Assembly (NCBI RefSeq): GCF_000011125.1
Contig: NC_000854.2
Coordinates: 1,050,001-1,082,000 of the forward strand
Direction: 5' to 3'
DNA length: 32,000 bases
DNA from: Aeropyrum pernix K1
GTDB lineage: Archaea > Thermoproteota > Thermoprotei_A > Sulfolobales > Acidilobaceae
In this document: positions 9,421 through 21,063 of the stretch, one piece after another
Layout: each line of letters opens with the position of its first letter
Position numbering within the stretch: position 1 is the stretch's first letter
Position numbers and translations under genes: made by a program
Notes under the pieces: model-generated
What the model was told of the DNA's origin: nothing
What the model saw: only the letters and a program-made list of their open reading frames with translations
Databases searched by the model: none

Positions 9421-9449
9421 CCTATAGAACACCTTAGGTGCGGCTCTGT

Positions 9450-10619
9450 ATGTCCACAAGCCAAGCCATATTTCCCTGGGAAGGCGATAATGTCAGGGCT
9501 GTGAGGGAGAGTGTAAGAGAGTTTGCCGAGAAGAAGGTTGCGCCTAAAGCTAGGGAGATCGACGCCACAAACACAGTCCCCGAGAGCCTATTGAGAGAAG
9601 GGGCTGAGATGGGGTTTTTCGCGCTCCGGGTGCCTGAAGAATATGGAGGCCCGGGTCTTAGCCTTCTCGAAAGTGTTGTGGCGATCGAAGAACTCTCAAG
9701 GGCCAGCAGCGGCTACGGCTTGATAGCGGTGGTCAGCGGCTCTATGGTAGTGCACCCTATACTGAAGTTCGCCAGCGAGGAGGTGAAAGAAAAGTATCTA
9801 TCTAGGCTGGCTAAGGGCGCCATAGGCGCTTTCGCCCTCACCGAGCCGTGCTGCGGAACCGACGTCGCCTCCCTCCACATGACTACCGCCAAGAGGGAGG
9901 GCGGAGAGTATGTGGTGAGCGGGCAGAAAATCTTCATCACCAACTCCGCCTACGCAGACTTCTTCATAGTTGCCGCACGCACCGGGAAGCTAGAGGAGAG
10001 GCACAGGGGTATTTCCCTCCTGATTGTTGACAGGAGTGACTGCGTCGAGGTTTCCAAGCTGGAGATGATGGGGTACAGGGGGAGCGGGACATCTATTGTA
10101 TATTTCAACGACTGTAGAGTACCCAGTGAAAACCTAATCGGACAAGAAGGCGGCGGGTTCAAGCTGGTCATGCACACCCTCAACGAGGGGCGGATCTCGA
10201 CCAGCGCCAGCGGCCTTGGAGTCATGCAGGCTGCCTTCGACGCTGCACTGAAACACGCAGGTGAGAGGGAGAGCATGGGCAGGCCTATAATAGAGCATCA
10301 GATGGTCTCCAGCATGATAGCGGAGATGCTGGTCAGGCTAGAGACGAGCAGGCTGCTCGTCTACACTGCAGCCCACAAGCTCGACACAAACAGTCCAGAC
10401 TACATAAAGTACGCCAGCCTAGCCAAGCTTCACACAGCCACGGCTGGTGTAGATCTGGTTAGAATGGCCATGCAAGTCCTAGGAGGCATAGGCTACAGCA
10501 GGGAGAGCGATGTGGAGAGGTACTATAGAGATATAAAGATGATAGAGATAGGTGACGGCACCAACGAGGTCCAGAGAATGGTCCTCACCAAGTTCCTCCA
10601 AGGCAGGATAAGACCCTGA
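9450..10619 (+). CDS. Acyl-CoA dehydrogenase (listed ORF starts at 9438; internal ATG at 9450)
   Basis: 'FALTEPCCGTDVASLHMTTAKREGGEYVVSGQKIFITNSAYADFFIVAART', 'MQVLGGIGYSRESDVERYYRDIKMIEIGDGTNEVQRMVL'. Confidence 0.97.
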   Translation: MSTSQAIFPWEGDNVRAVRESVREFAEKKVAPKAREIDATNTVPESLLREGAEMGFFALRVPEEYGGPGLSLLESVVAIEELSRASSGYGLIAVVSGSMVVHPILKFASEEVKEKYLSRLAKGAIGAFALTEPCCGTDVASLHMTTAKREGGEYVVSGQKIFITNSAYADFFIVAARTGKLEERHRGISLLIVDRSDCVEVSKLEMMGYRGSGTSIVYFNDCRVPSENLIGQEGGGFKLVMHTLNEGRISTSASGLGVMQAAFDAALKHAGERESMGRPIIEHQMVSSMIAEMLVRLETSRLLVYTAAHKLDTNSPDYIKYASLAKLHTATAGVDLVRMAMQVLGGIGYSRESDVERYYRDIKMIEIGDGTNEVQRMVLTKFLQGRIRP

Positions 10620-10647
10620 GCCCCCATGCAACTTGCTTTCTCCTATT

Positions 10648-13763
<3,116 letters not shown>

Positions 13764-13850
13764 ACCTATCTACCCCGCGTTCGAACAACAGCCTATATAT
13801 AGCTCTCCGCTCCAAACAGGTTATTATTGTCGAACTAGAACGATTATAGC

Positions 13851-14723
13851 ATGCGGCTGGATACCCTATCCAAAACCGGTGGGGGTGTACAAGAGGCGTT
13901 GAGCGGTAGCGTGAGACTCTATTCGGAGGTCCTCAATAGGGAGGTGGAGGTGCCGGAGACGCCCCGAAGGATTGTGAGCCTCAGCCCGGCTATCACCGAG
14001 ACGCTCTACATGCTCGGACTCGAGGATAGGATTGCGGGCGTTAGCGTCTACGACCATAAGCCGCCCAAGGCCAGGGAGAAGCCGAAGGTCGGGAGCTACT
14101 ATAAAGTCAACATGAAGCTTCTGGAACAGCTGAATCCAGACCTCATACTCGTGACAACAGGCGCACAGAGAAGGATACTTGAGGACCTCAGCCGACGCTA
14201 CCCAGTCTACCCCATACCCCTTCCGGTGAGCGTTTCGGGGATTATAGACCAGGCTGTCCAGGTTGGCATAGTCACCGGAGCGTTAGAGGAGGCTTCAAGG
14301 CTGGAGACCGAGCTCCTCGACAAGGCCTCTAAACTAAGAGGTGCTGGCAGGGGTTTGAGGATATACTATGAGGTTTATCTCGGCGGTCCCGTCACAGCCG
14401 GGGCCCACACCTACATATCAGACGCGTTCAGGATAGCCGGGGTAGAAACCCCCTTCATGAGTGAGAGGACCACCTGGATCTACCAGCCGCCTCCAGAGAG
14501 GATTAACAGGTTCAAACCCCAATTCATACTCTACGAGTACAGCGCCTACGCCCCAACGACGGCAGAGAAGGTGAGGGGGGAGCTGGAGGCGAGAGGCGTG
14601 GATGTTGGTAGCGCAGAGCTGGTCCTCCTAGAGCCCGATACCCTCGCTCACTACGGCCCCAGCTTTATAGACACCATGCTAGACCTCCTGAAGACCCTGA
14701 GGGATAAGGCTGGTCTAGGTTAG
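13851..14723 (+). CDS. BtuF/FepB-like corrinoid or siderophore-type substrate-binding protein without an obvious signal peptide
   Basis: 'RRIVSLSPAITETLYMLGLEDRIAGVSVYDHKPPKAREKPKVGSYYKVNMKLLEQLNPDLILVT' is the periplasmic-binding-protein type II fold used by BtuF-like proteins. Confidence 0.88.
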   Translation: MRLDTLSKTGGGVQEALSGSVRLYSEVLNREVEVPETPRRIVSLSPAITETLYMLGLEDRIAGVSVYDHKPPKAREKPKVGSYYKVNMKLLEQLNPDLILVTTGAQRRILEDLSRRYPVYPIPLPVSVSGIIDQAVQVGIVTGALEEASRLETELLDKASKLRGAGRGLRIYYEVYLGGPVTAGAHTYISDAFRIAGVETPFMSERTTWIYQPPPERINRFKPQFILYEYSAYAPTTAEKVRGELEARGVDVGSAELVLLEPDTLAHYGPSFIDTMLDLLKTLRDKAGLG

Positions 14724-15211
14724 GCGAGGGCCTTGGAGGGTAGGGACGGGTCGTAGTAGACCTTGATACCCCTGAGTCTGGCTAGAACTTCGGCCATAAA
14801 CCTTTCAACCCGACCCCATTTCTCCCCCGGTATCCTAGTCTTCCTCAGGTGCTCCAGTACCTTAGCATAGCTCCTCATCCTCTCGTTAAGAAGGGTCCAG
14901 TTCACACCGGACAGAAGCCTCTCTATCTCCTCATCCCTAGGTAGAAGACCCGCCGCCATCATGAGAGAGAGTATAGGGTACCCCACGTAACCCCTGAACC
15001 TAGTGCCATTGTCGTCGCTGTAGGCATAAACCTGTCCCGCCCCACGAGGCTCAACCACCACGAGATACTCCCTTGGCCTGCCCGAGCTAGATACTCTAGC
15101 AACCCATACACCTGCCGAACCCCCTGCTAGGATCCTAACCCTCCTGTCTCCCAGAGCGGCGGCCGCCTCGAGGACCTTAATCGCGGGAGGCCTCCTTAGC
15201 GGCTTCACCAC
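14720..15211 (-). CDS. Uncharacterised protein (163 aa)
   Basis: Plausible intact ORF with GC codon bias, in tandem with the downstream-reading neighbour; no family recognised. Confidence 0.6.
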   Translation of the reverse strand: MVKPLRRPPAIKVLEAAAALGDRRVRILAGGSAGVWVARVSSSGRPREYLVVVEPRGAGQVYAYSDDNGTRFRGYVGYPILSLMMAAGLLPRDEEIERLLSGVNWTLLNERMRSYAKVLEHLRKTRIPGEKWGRVERFMAEVLARLRGIKVYYDPSLPSKALA

Positions 15212-15809
15212 CGCACGACAGCACCTCGGCTAAGTATTTAACACCACACAGTTTTGACCTTTCGAAGCAAGCGAGTATGTCGCCAGATCCCTCCCGCCAA
15301 ACAGACTCAACAGTCCTATATAGACAGTCTAGGTCGAGGAGCCCCTCCGCCACCACGCTCCTGCTAATCCTCCCCAAGAGCCTCCTAGCACCATCAATAA
15401 GACCCTCTTGCGCCTTCGCCGCGGCAGCAGCCGCGATGAGGAGGGCTCTCACACGCTCATCCCTCCCACTCCTGTAGTAGATGTCCTCAAGCGCCTCGTG
15501 CGCCTCCCAATACCTCGCCTCCCCCATTAGACCCTCAACACTCACAGGGCCGGACGCCTTCTTGTCCAAGACATAGTATATCACCTCGACGCCGTCCAGA
15601 ACCCTATCTAGCTCGCCCTCAATGCTGAGGCAGTTATGAATGGCGTCCACCTCGATATGGCTTCTGGATATCCTCACGTTGACGCTCCTCACGCACGGCA
15701 CTCTCTCCTTTATAGCTTGTTTAAGCCTCTGAGCATCCCTCCACGGCTTCAGCCCCGGGTTTGAGAGGAATAGCAGAGTACGCCTAAAAGACCCGGCCTC
15801 ACCCGCCAA
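15177..15809 (-). CDS. DUF309-domain protein
   Basis: 'GEARYWEAHEALEDIYYRSGRDERVRALLIAAAAAAKAQEGLIDGARRLLGR' resembles the helical DUF309 signature. Confidence 0.7.
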   Translation of the reverse strand: MAGEAGSFRRTLLFLSNPGLKPWRDAQRLKQAIKERVPCVRSVNVRISRSHIEVDAIHNCLSIEGELDRVLDGVEVIYYVLDKKASGPVSVEGLMGEARYWEAHEALEDIYYRSGRDERVRALLIAAAAAAKAQEGLIDGARRLLGRISRSVVAEGLLDLDCLYRTVESVWREGSGDILACFERSKLCGVKYLAEVLSCGGEAAKEASRD

Positions 15810-15833
15810 CGCCAGAACACCTAGCTAATTTAA

Positions 15834-16643
15834 CTAGCCTAGAGCAGTATCTAGATACAACATTATTATAAAGCCGGCAAAGAAGCCTACGGTAGCCAGC
15901 TTCTCATTGCCGCTCCTATGCGACTCGGGCAACGCTTCATAGCTTACAACAAACACCATGGCGCCCGCTGCAAAGGCGAGGGCCGAGGCAAGCAGCCCCG
16001 GGCTATATCCTATTAATGCTGCTACAATTGTTGCAGCCACCACTTCGCTGAAACCACTGAGCATAGCCACCAGAAGAGCCAGGTATAGGCTTCCGGAGGC
16101 TGCGAAAACTGGAAGGGAAACTGCAAGACCCTCAGGAAAGTCCTGCGTGCCTATCGCAAGGGCTACAGCCAGGCCTTCGGATATGGCGTAGGAGGCTGCC
16201 GCACCTATAGACATCCCCTCAGGCAGATTGTGTATTATTATGGCCGTCGCCACCAGCCATGCAGCTTTGACTTTTCTCCTAAACGAGGGCGGCCCCTCGT
16301 ACCCCTTGATCAGGTGCTCATGAGGTAGAATCTCGTTTATTATATACACTGCTATGGCGCCTACTATGAACGATATTATTACGATCCCGGGTCCAGAGAT
16401 TTCGAGAGCAGGTAGCAGAAGGCTTGTAAAGCTCGCAACTATCATTATCCCGCTGCTAAACCCCATCCCAACGTCTAGGAGCACGTCAAGCCTCCCGCCA
16501 TGAGTCCTCGCCGCTAGCACTAGAAATCCGCCAAGGCTTGTCATGGCAAACGCGTACAGGGATAACAGAAACGCGGCTTTAATAGGGTTTCCCCCTGCGA
16601 TGCCGCTTATCAGGCCTGCTATAACCTCTAGGACTGGAGACAC
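15834..16643 (-). CDS. ZIP-family metal transporter
   Basis: Multi-TM protein with 'ALAIIIHNLPEGMSIGAAASYAISEGLAVALAIGTQDFPEGLAVSLPVF' (ZIP HNxPEG motif). Confidence 0.93.
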   Translation of the reverse strand: MSPVLEVIAGLISGIAGGNPIKAAFLLSLYAFAMTSLGGFLVLAARTHGGRLDVLLDVGMGFSSGIMIVASFTSLLLPALEISGPGIVIISFIVGAIAVYIINEILPHEHLIKGYEGPPSFRRKVKAAWLVATAIIIHNLPEGMSIGAAASYAISEGLAVALAIGTQDFPEGLAVSLPVFAASGSLYLALLVAMLSGFSEVVAATIVAALIGYSPGLLASALAFAAGAMVFVVSYEALPESHRSGNEKLATVGFFAGFIIMLYLDTALG

Positions 16644-16911
16644 TAAGTCTCACACCTCCATCCCCAGACAGTCCTGCCACGCTATCTGGAACGTTCGGGT
16701 TTACTAAGTCTGTCCTCATACACAGTTTTATAGCGAAATCCATGCTCACATTACTTAGACACTTCAAAGGCTAAAAGCTCGAGAGATCACTGCCTAATAA
16801 ATAATCCTAATTCGCTTTATGTGGACGATCCTTCCCAGCAAAACCGGGTTTGTTAACAGCCTTAGCTTTATAACTCGACTAGCCAAACTATCGGTTAGAC
16901 GGGTGCATGCA

Positions 16912-17442
16912 ATGACAGGCTGTCTGAAAATTGGTCCTGGAGATGAGGCTCCAGATGTTGTGAATGTCGTTATAGAGATACCTATGAACAGTTCTGTTAA
17001 GTACGAGTTCGACAAGGAGGCGTGTATTGTTAAGGTTGATAGGTTCCTTTACACCAGCATGGTCTACCCCTTCAACTACGGGTTCATACCAGGCACTCTA
17101 GAGGAGGACGGAGATCCTGTTGACGTTCTAGTTATTAGCCGGGAGCCCGTTGCTCCCGGCTCGCTTATAGAGGCTGTGCCCGTGGCCGTGTTAGACATGG
17201 AGGACGAGGAGGGTCCGGACAGCAAGGTTGTTGCCGTACCCAAGGCCAAGCTGGACCCCCTATTCGCCAGCTATAAGGACGTTGGCGACATACCTGATGC
17301 CCTGAAATCCAAGATAAAGCACTTCTTCGAGCACTATAAGGAGCTGGAGCCTGGAAAGTGGGTTAGAGTGACTGGATGGAGGCCTGCTGCCGATGCGAAG
17401 GAGATTATAAGGAGGGCTATAGAGAGGTATAAGGGGGCGTGA
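16912..17442 (+). CDS. ppa: Soluble inorganic pyrophosphatase (ATG at 16912; the listed ORF extends upstream)
   Basis: '[56 protein letters not shown]', '[13 protein letters not shown]', '[22 protein letters not shown]'. Confidence 0.97.
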   Translation: MTGCLKIGPGDEAPDVVNVVIEIPMNSSVKYEFDKEACIVKVDRFLYTSMVYPFNYGFIPGTLEEDGDPVDVLVISREPVAPGSLIEAVPVAVLDMEDEEGPDSKVVAVPKAKLDPLFASYKDVGDIPDALKSKIKHFFEHYKELEPGKWVRVTGWRPAADAKEIIRRAIERYKGA

Positions 17443-17485
17443 TGAGGGCTTAACGGCTCACGTTTTCTGGGAGAGTGTCGCACCT

Positions 17486-18244
17486 TTGAGGGCGATCACC
17501 CTCGCCAGCGTGCGTGTGCTTTTGTCTATGATTATGGCTACAGTTCTTCTAGCCGCTTTCACCGCCCCCACAGTCAATACACTTACACCTAGAGGTTCTG
17601 CGCTGTATGCTGTGGATGTAGTTGTAGTAGACGCCAGCACAGGATCTGCCCTGGGGTTCTCCCGGTTTGTCGTATCCGCCTACAGAGGGGGGGTCGGGGA
17701 TGTGGGTGTTATCTACTCTTCGGGGGTCTCAGTATCAGGGTCTAGTCTGGAAAGGCTGCTGGAGAGCCTCTACAACTCGCTAGAGGAGTGGGAGCCGAAA
17801 CCTTTCTCGGAGAGGCCTCCCATGTTTCTACTGCACGACCGTGTAGTGTATAGTGTCGACGGCATACCCTACACCTGCAAGCCAGGCAGCTACGCCACCG
17901 TTTCGTTCGTCTGGCCAACTAGAACAGGGCCTATAGCCGTTGAGGGGCACGTCCTCCTCTCCCAGGACGTAATAGCCAGCTTCTACCTAGTCTCCCAGCA
18001 GGCAGTGCTCACCCTTCCCAGGTCTGGGGAGGTGGCTATTAGGGTGGAGGTGTCGGGCTTCCTGGCAAGCTCCGACTCTCCTGTATGCGGAGAGCCCTTG
18101 ATCAGCAGTTCCGACAAGGCGGTTCTCGGCGGCTTCACGCTAGCAACAGTACTCCTAGCCCTGGCAAGCTACATACGCAGGGGAGCGCTGATAAGGGAGG
18201 CACTAGCCTCCGCTCCCTCGCCTCCGCCAGGAGGCGTCGCCTAG
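17486..18244 (+). CDS. Predicted secreted/membrane protein, unknown function
   Basis: N-terminal hydrophobic segment 'LASVRVLLSMIMATVLLAAFTAP' and a C-terminal TM 'AVLGGFTLATVLLALASYI' flank an extracellular-looking domain. Confidence 0.65.
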   Translation: MRAITLASVRVLLSMIMATVLLAAFTAPTVNTLTPRGSALYAVDVVVVDASTGSALGFSRFVVSAYRGGVGDVGVIYSSGVSVSGSSLERLLESLYNSLEEWEPKPFSERPPMFLLHDRVVYSVDGIPYTCKPGSYATVSFVWPTRTGPIAVEGHVLLSQDVIASFYLVSQQAVLTLPRSGEVAIRVEVSGFLASSDSPVCGEPLISSSDKAVLGGFTLATVLLALASYIRRGALIREALASAPSPPPGGVA

Positions 18245-18275
18245 GCGTCTAGGCTAGTCTATTTAAGCCCCCTCC

Positions 18276-18761
18276 GTGAAACACCTGAGAATCGGGCGTG
18301 ATGAGGCCTTGCCCCTAGCTCCCGCTAGAGTGCATGTTTATGCCTATGCAGGGGTAGCCCTGCTATTCCTCGCCGTTACAATAGGAGCCTTCACCAGGGC
18401 CTATGGAGCTGGCATGGGCTGCGGGCCCGACTGGCCTACCTGCAACGGAGAGATAGTACCTTTTACCAGCGATACAGCAACCCTGCTGGAATACTTCCAT
18501 AGGGTGGCGGCAGGCCTGGGCTTCGTTTTGGTATCCTACGCAGCCTACCTTGCTTTGAAGACGCCTGGGGACGTGAGCGTGAGGCTGTGGGCTATGGCAA
18601 CAGTGGTTGTCCTAGTGGCCCAGATAATACTGGGGGCGGTGGTAGTCTGGTATCACCTCAACCCGCCACTATCCGCCCTACACACAACCCTAGCCATAGT
18701 AACCGTGGCCCTAGCAACAGGGATGGCGGTTAAGCTAAGCCAATCTAGCGCCCGAAGCTAG
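18276..18761 (+). CDS. ctaA: Compact (half-length) CtaA/COX15-family heme A synthase
   Basis: 161 aa with about four TM helices: 'GAFTRAYGAGMGCGPDWPTCNG', 'LEYFHRVAAGLGFV', 'IILGAVVVWYHLNPPLSALHTTLA'. The Cys-x-x-x-x-x-Cys and His pairs are typical of CtaA. Confidence 0.9.
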   Translation: MKHLRIGRDEALPLAPARVHVYAYAGVALLFLAVTIGAFTRAYGAGMGCGPDWPTCNGEIVPFTSDTATLLEYFHRVAAGLGFVLVSYAAYLALKTPGDVSVRLWAMATVVVLVAQIILGAVVVWYHLNPPLSALHTTLAIVTVALATGMAVKLSQSSARS

Positions 18762-18820
18762 GCTGTCCGGCCAGTCTATGAAAGAATAAGGGCGTGAAGG
18801 CCAGGATATCTAAGAAGGGT

Positions 18821-18854
18821 GCTGCCCCGGGGAGATCCCCGCTTCCCGGGGAGC
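18821..18854. promoter_or_regulatory. Strong GC-rich hairpin between ctaA and gcvT
   Basis: GCT(g)CCCCGGG at 18821-18831 pairs with CCCGGGGAGC at 18845-18854, with one bulge. Confidence 0.5.
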
Positions 18855-18973
18855 TGTGACCCGAGGGGGGCTCCACCCTAGGCTCCACACTCCTCCAAAG
18901 CTCTCCTCTAAATATCTGACGTCACCTTTTAGCTCCGACAAGAGAGACTCTTTATATCGGTGGTGCTCCGGGT

Positions 18974-20101
18974 TTGCCTGTTAGAAGGCATATACTTGAG
19001 GACCTCCACAGGTCTCTGGGAGCTACATTCGGCGAGTTCGCGGGATGGAGTGTGCCCATGTCGTACGAGGGGACGTTGAAGGAGCATATGGCCGTGAGGC
19101 GCGAGGCCGGCATTTTCGACATTAGCCATATGGGTAGGATGATAGTGAGTGGGGAAGGGGCTACGGAGCTTCTGGAGAGGATCTACACTAAGAGGGTTTC
19201 CAAGACTAAAGTGGGGTTCATGAGCGGTCCTACGCTTGCGCTGAACGAGTATGCTAGGGTTAAGGACGACGAGATGCCCTACAGGCTTGGTGAGGAGGAG
19301 TGGCTCATAGTTCCTAACGCTGCTGTCGCCGATGCTATGCTTGAGTATTTCAGCAGCATTGCCTCCAGTATGGGGCTGAACGTCTCTATAAGGGACTTGA
19401 GAGAGAGATACGCCTTGCTAGCTCTCCAGGGTCCCGGCGCGGCGAGGGTTATGGAGGAGATGGGCGGAGGCGATCTCCTCGACCTCAAGCCTCTACAGTT
19501 TAGGGAGAATGCAGGGATAGCTGGTGTTACTGCATATATTGTCAGCAGGAGCGGCTGGACTGGGGAGGACGGTTTCGAGATAATTGCTGAGGTTGAGGCG
19601 GCTAAGAGGATATTCAAGGCGGCTGTGGAGGCAGGGGCTAAGCCCGCGGGCATAGCCGCCAGGGATACCCTTAGGATTGAGGCAGGCTTCGTACTCGGAG
19701 GACATGAGTATGGTGAGGACCCCTTGAGGTGGCCTTGCGCAGTCAGCCTCCGCTACGGTCTGGGGGCTATAGACTGGGGTAAGAAGGGTTTTGTTGGGGA
19801 GGCTGCTCTGAGGGCGTGCAGGCGAGAGGGTGTTAGGTGGATTAGAGTAGGCCTTGTTATGAAGAAGAAGTATGCTAGAATGATACCTAGAAGCGGTTAC
19901 AGGCTTTACGTAGACGATGTTGACGTTGGGTGGGTGACTAGCGGCACCTTCAGCCCTGTAATAGGAAGGGGTGTTGCACAGGCATACATAGACTCTAGAT
20001 ACGCCTACATAGGCGACACTATAGAAGTTGACGTTAGAGGCAAGAGGGGGGAGGCTAGGCTTCAGGAGTTCCCGCTAGTACCCCTAGGATCAAGAGGCTA
20101 A
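18974..20101 (+). CDS. gcvT: Glycine cleavage T protein (aminomethyltransferase), TTG start
   Basis: '[50 protein letters not shown]', '[13 protein letters not shown]', '[25 protein letters not shown]'-like region. TATA 'ctttatatc' at ~18950. Confidence 0.96.
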   Translation: [375 protein letters not shown]

Positions 20102-20117
20102 ACGGTGCGGAGAAGGT

Positions 20118-20468
20118 ATGAGTGGCGGGTTTTTCGAGGTATGCGGAAGCACAGAGATAAGCGTTGCATTGACTGCCTCGAAACTGGGATACACCAGGCT
20201 TCACGGACATGACATAACTGTCACAGCCTGCTACTGCGGCCCTCCCCTTGACACTGAGAAGATAGTGGCCGTCCTCGAAGAAGCTCTAGGCGCCGTTAGT
20301 AGGGGCAGCCTCGAAGAAGCTCTGGGGGAGTCTGGTGCTATAGCAGAGGACCTCCTTAGATGGCTGTCTCGCAGGCTTCCGGAGAGGATAGAGAGTTCGG
20401 TAATCTGCCTGCTAGAAGCGAGGTGGGGCAGGCTACCAAGGATTGTCAGGCTAAGGCTGAGGCAGTAA
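20118..20468 (+). CDS. Degenerate 6-pyruvoyl-tetrahydropterin synthase/QueD-like protein
   Basis: 'ISVALTASKLGYTRLHGHDITVTACYCGPPLDTEKIVAVLEEALG' keeps the LHGH metal motif and the D-x-x-x-(L/V) segment of the PTPS family. Confidence 0.7.
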   Translation: MSGGFFEVCGSTEISVALTASKLGYTRLHGHDITVTACYCGPPLDTEKIVAVLEEALGAVSRGSLEEALGESGAIAEDLLRWLSRRLPERIESSVICLLEARWGRLPRIVRLRLRQ

Positions 20469-20482
20469 TACTGAACACCATC

Positions 20483-21034
20483 CTATACCTCAACGTAGGG
20501 AGGCATACACTCGAACCCCAGAGTAGCCAGCTTCAACCCACCCAGGCCGAGCTTCGCGGAGTAGCCTTCGGGTAGTGCAAGTGGCCCGCCTAGCCTACTC
20601 GCGAACTCTAGCCTCCCAGAGAGCAGGCTAGACCAGATCTCGAGAATATCCCTATCGTCAACGCGCCTAACATCCCCTACTCCCGCGGCTAGATCCACTG
20701 GCATCCTGCTGCTATAGAACCTCGATATAGGTGCTTCGCCGCACTTGCTATACAGTATCAGGCCGCCATATATGGTTGCGTACGCAGCCGCCCTCTCATA
20801 TTGGCTCTCCAGCTCCTCTATCGCCTCCGAACCCTCTAAGAACGCCTTAAACCCTATCTGGAGCACCCTGTAGACGGGCTCGCGGGCTATCCCTTCTAGA
20901 GGCTTTTGTCCTACTCTGACAACTCCAGCTATGATGAGGCAGCTGCCCTCAAAACCCAGTACAACAGGAAGTGAGACCCTGCATAGGGCATCCCCTATCC
21001 TAACCATGGACCCTGGCTCCAGCCTGCTAGCCAA
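20483..21034 (-). CDS. Uncharacterised archaeal protein (183 aa)
   Basis: Intact ORF with consistent codon bias, first-listed member of a reverse-strand cluster; no family recognised. Confidence 0.6.
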   Translation of the reverse strand: MASRLEPGSMVRIGDALCRVSLPVVLGFEGSCLIIAGVVRVGQKPLEGIAREPVYRVLQIGFKAFLEGSEAIEELESQYERAAAYATIYGGLILYSKCGEAPISRFYSSRMPVDLAAGVGDVRRVDDRDILEIWSSLLSGRLEFASRLGGPLALPEGYSAKLGLGGLKLATLGFECMPPYVEV

Positions 21035-21063
21035 ACCATGACACCCGGCTGAGCCGCCCTTGG

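Noticed and set aside
9240-9430. RNase P RNA, SRP RNA or tRNA in the structured intergenic region
   Set aside because: I looked for the RNase P GAGGAAAGTC/ACAGAA core, the SRP GNAR tetraloop region and a tRNA T-loop GGTTCRA motif; none is convincing.
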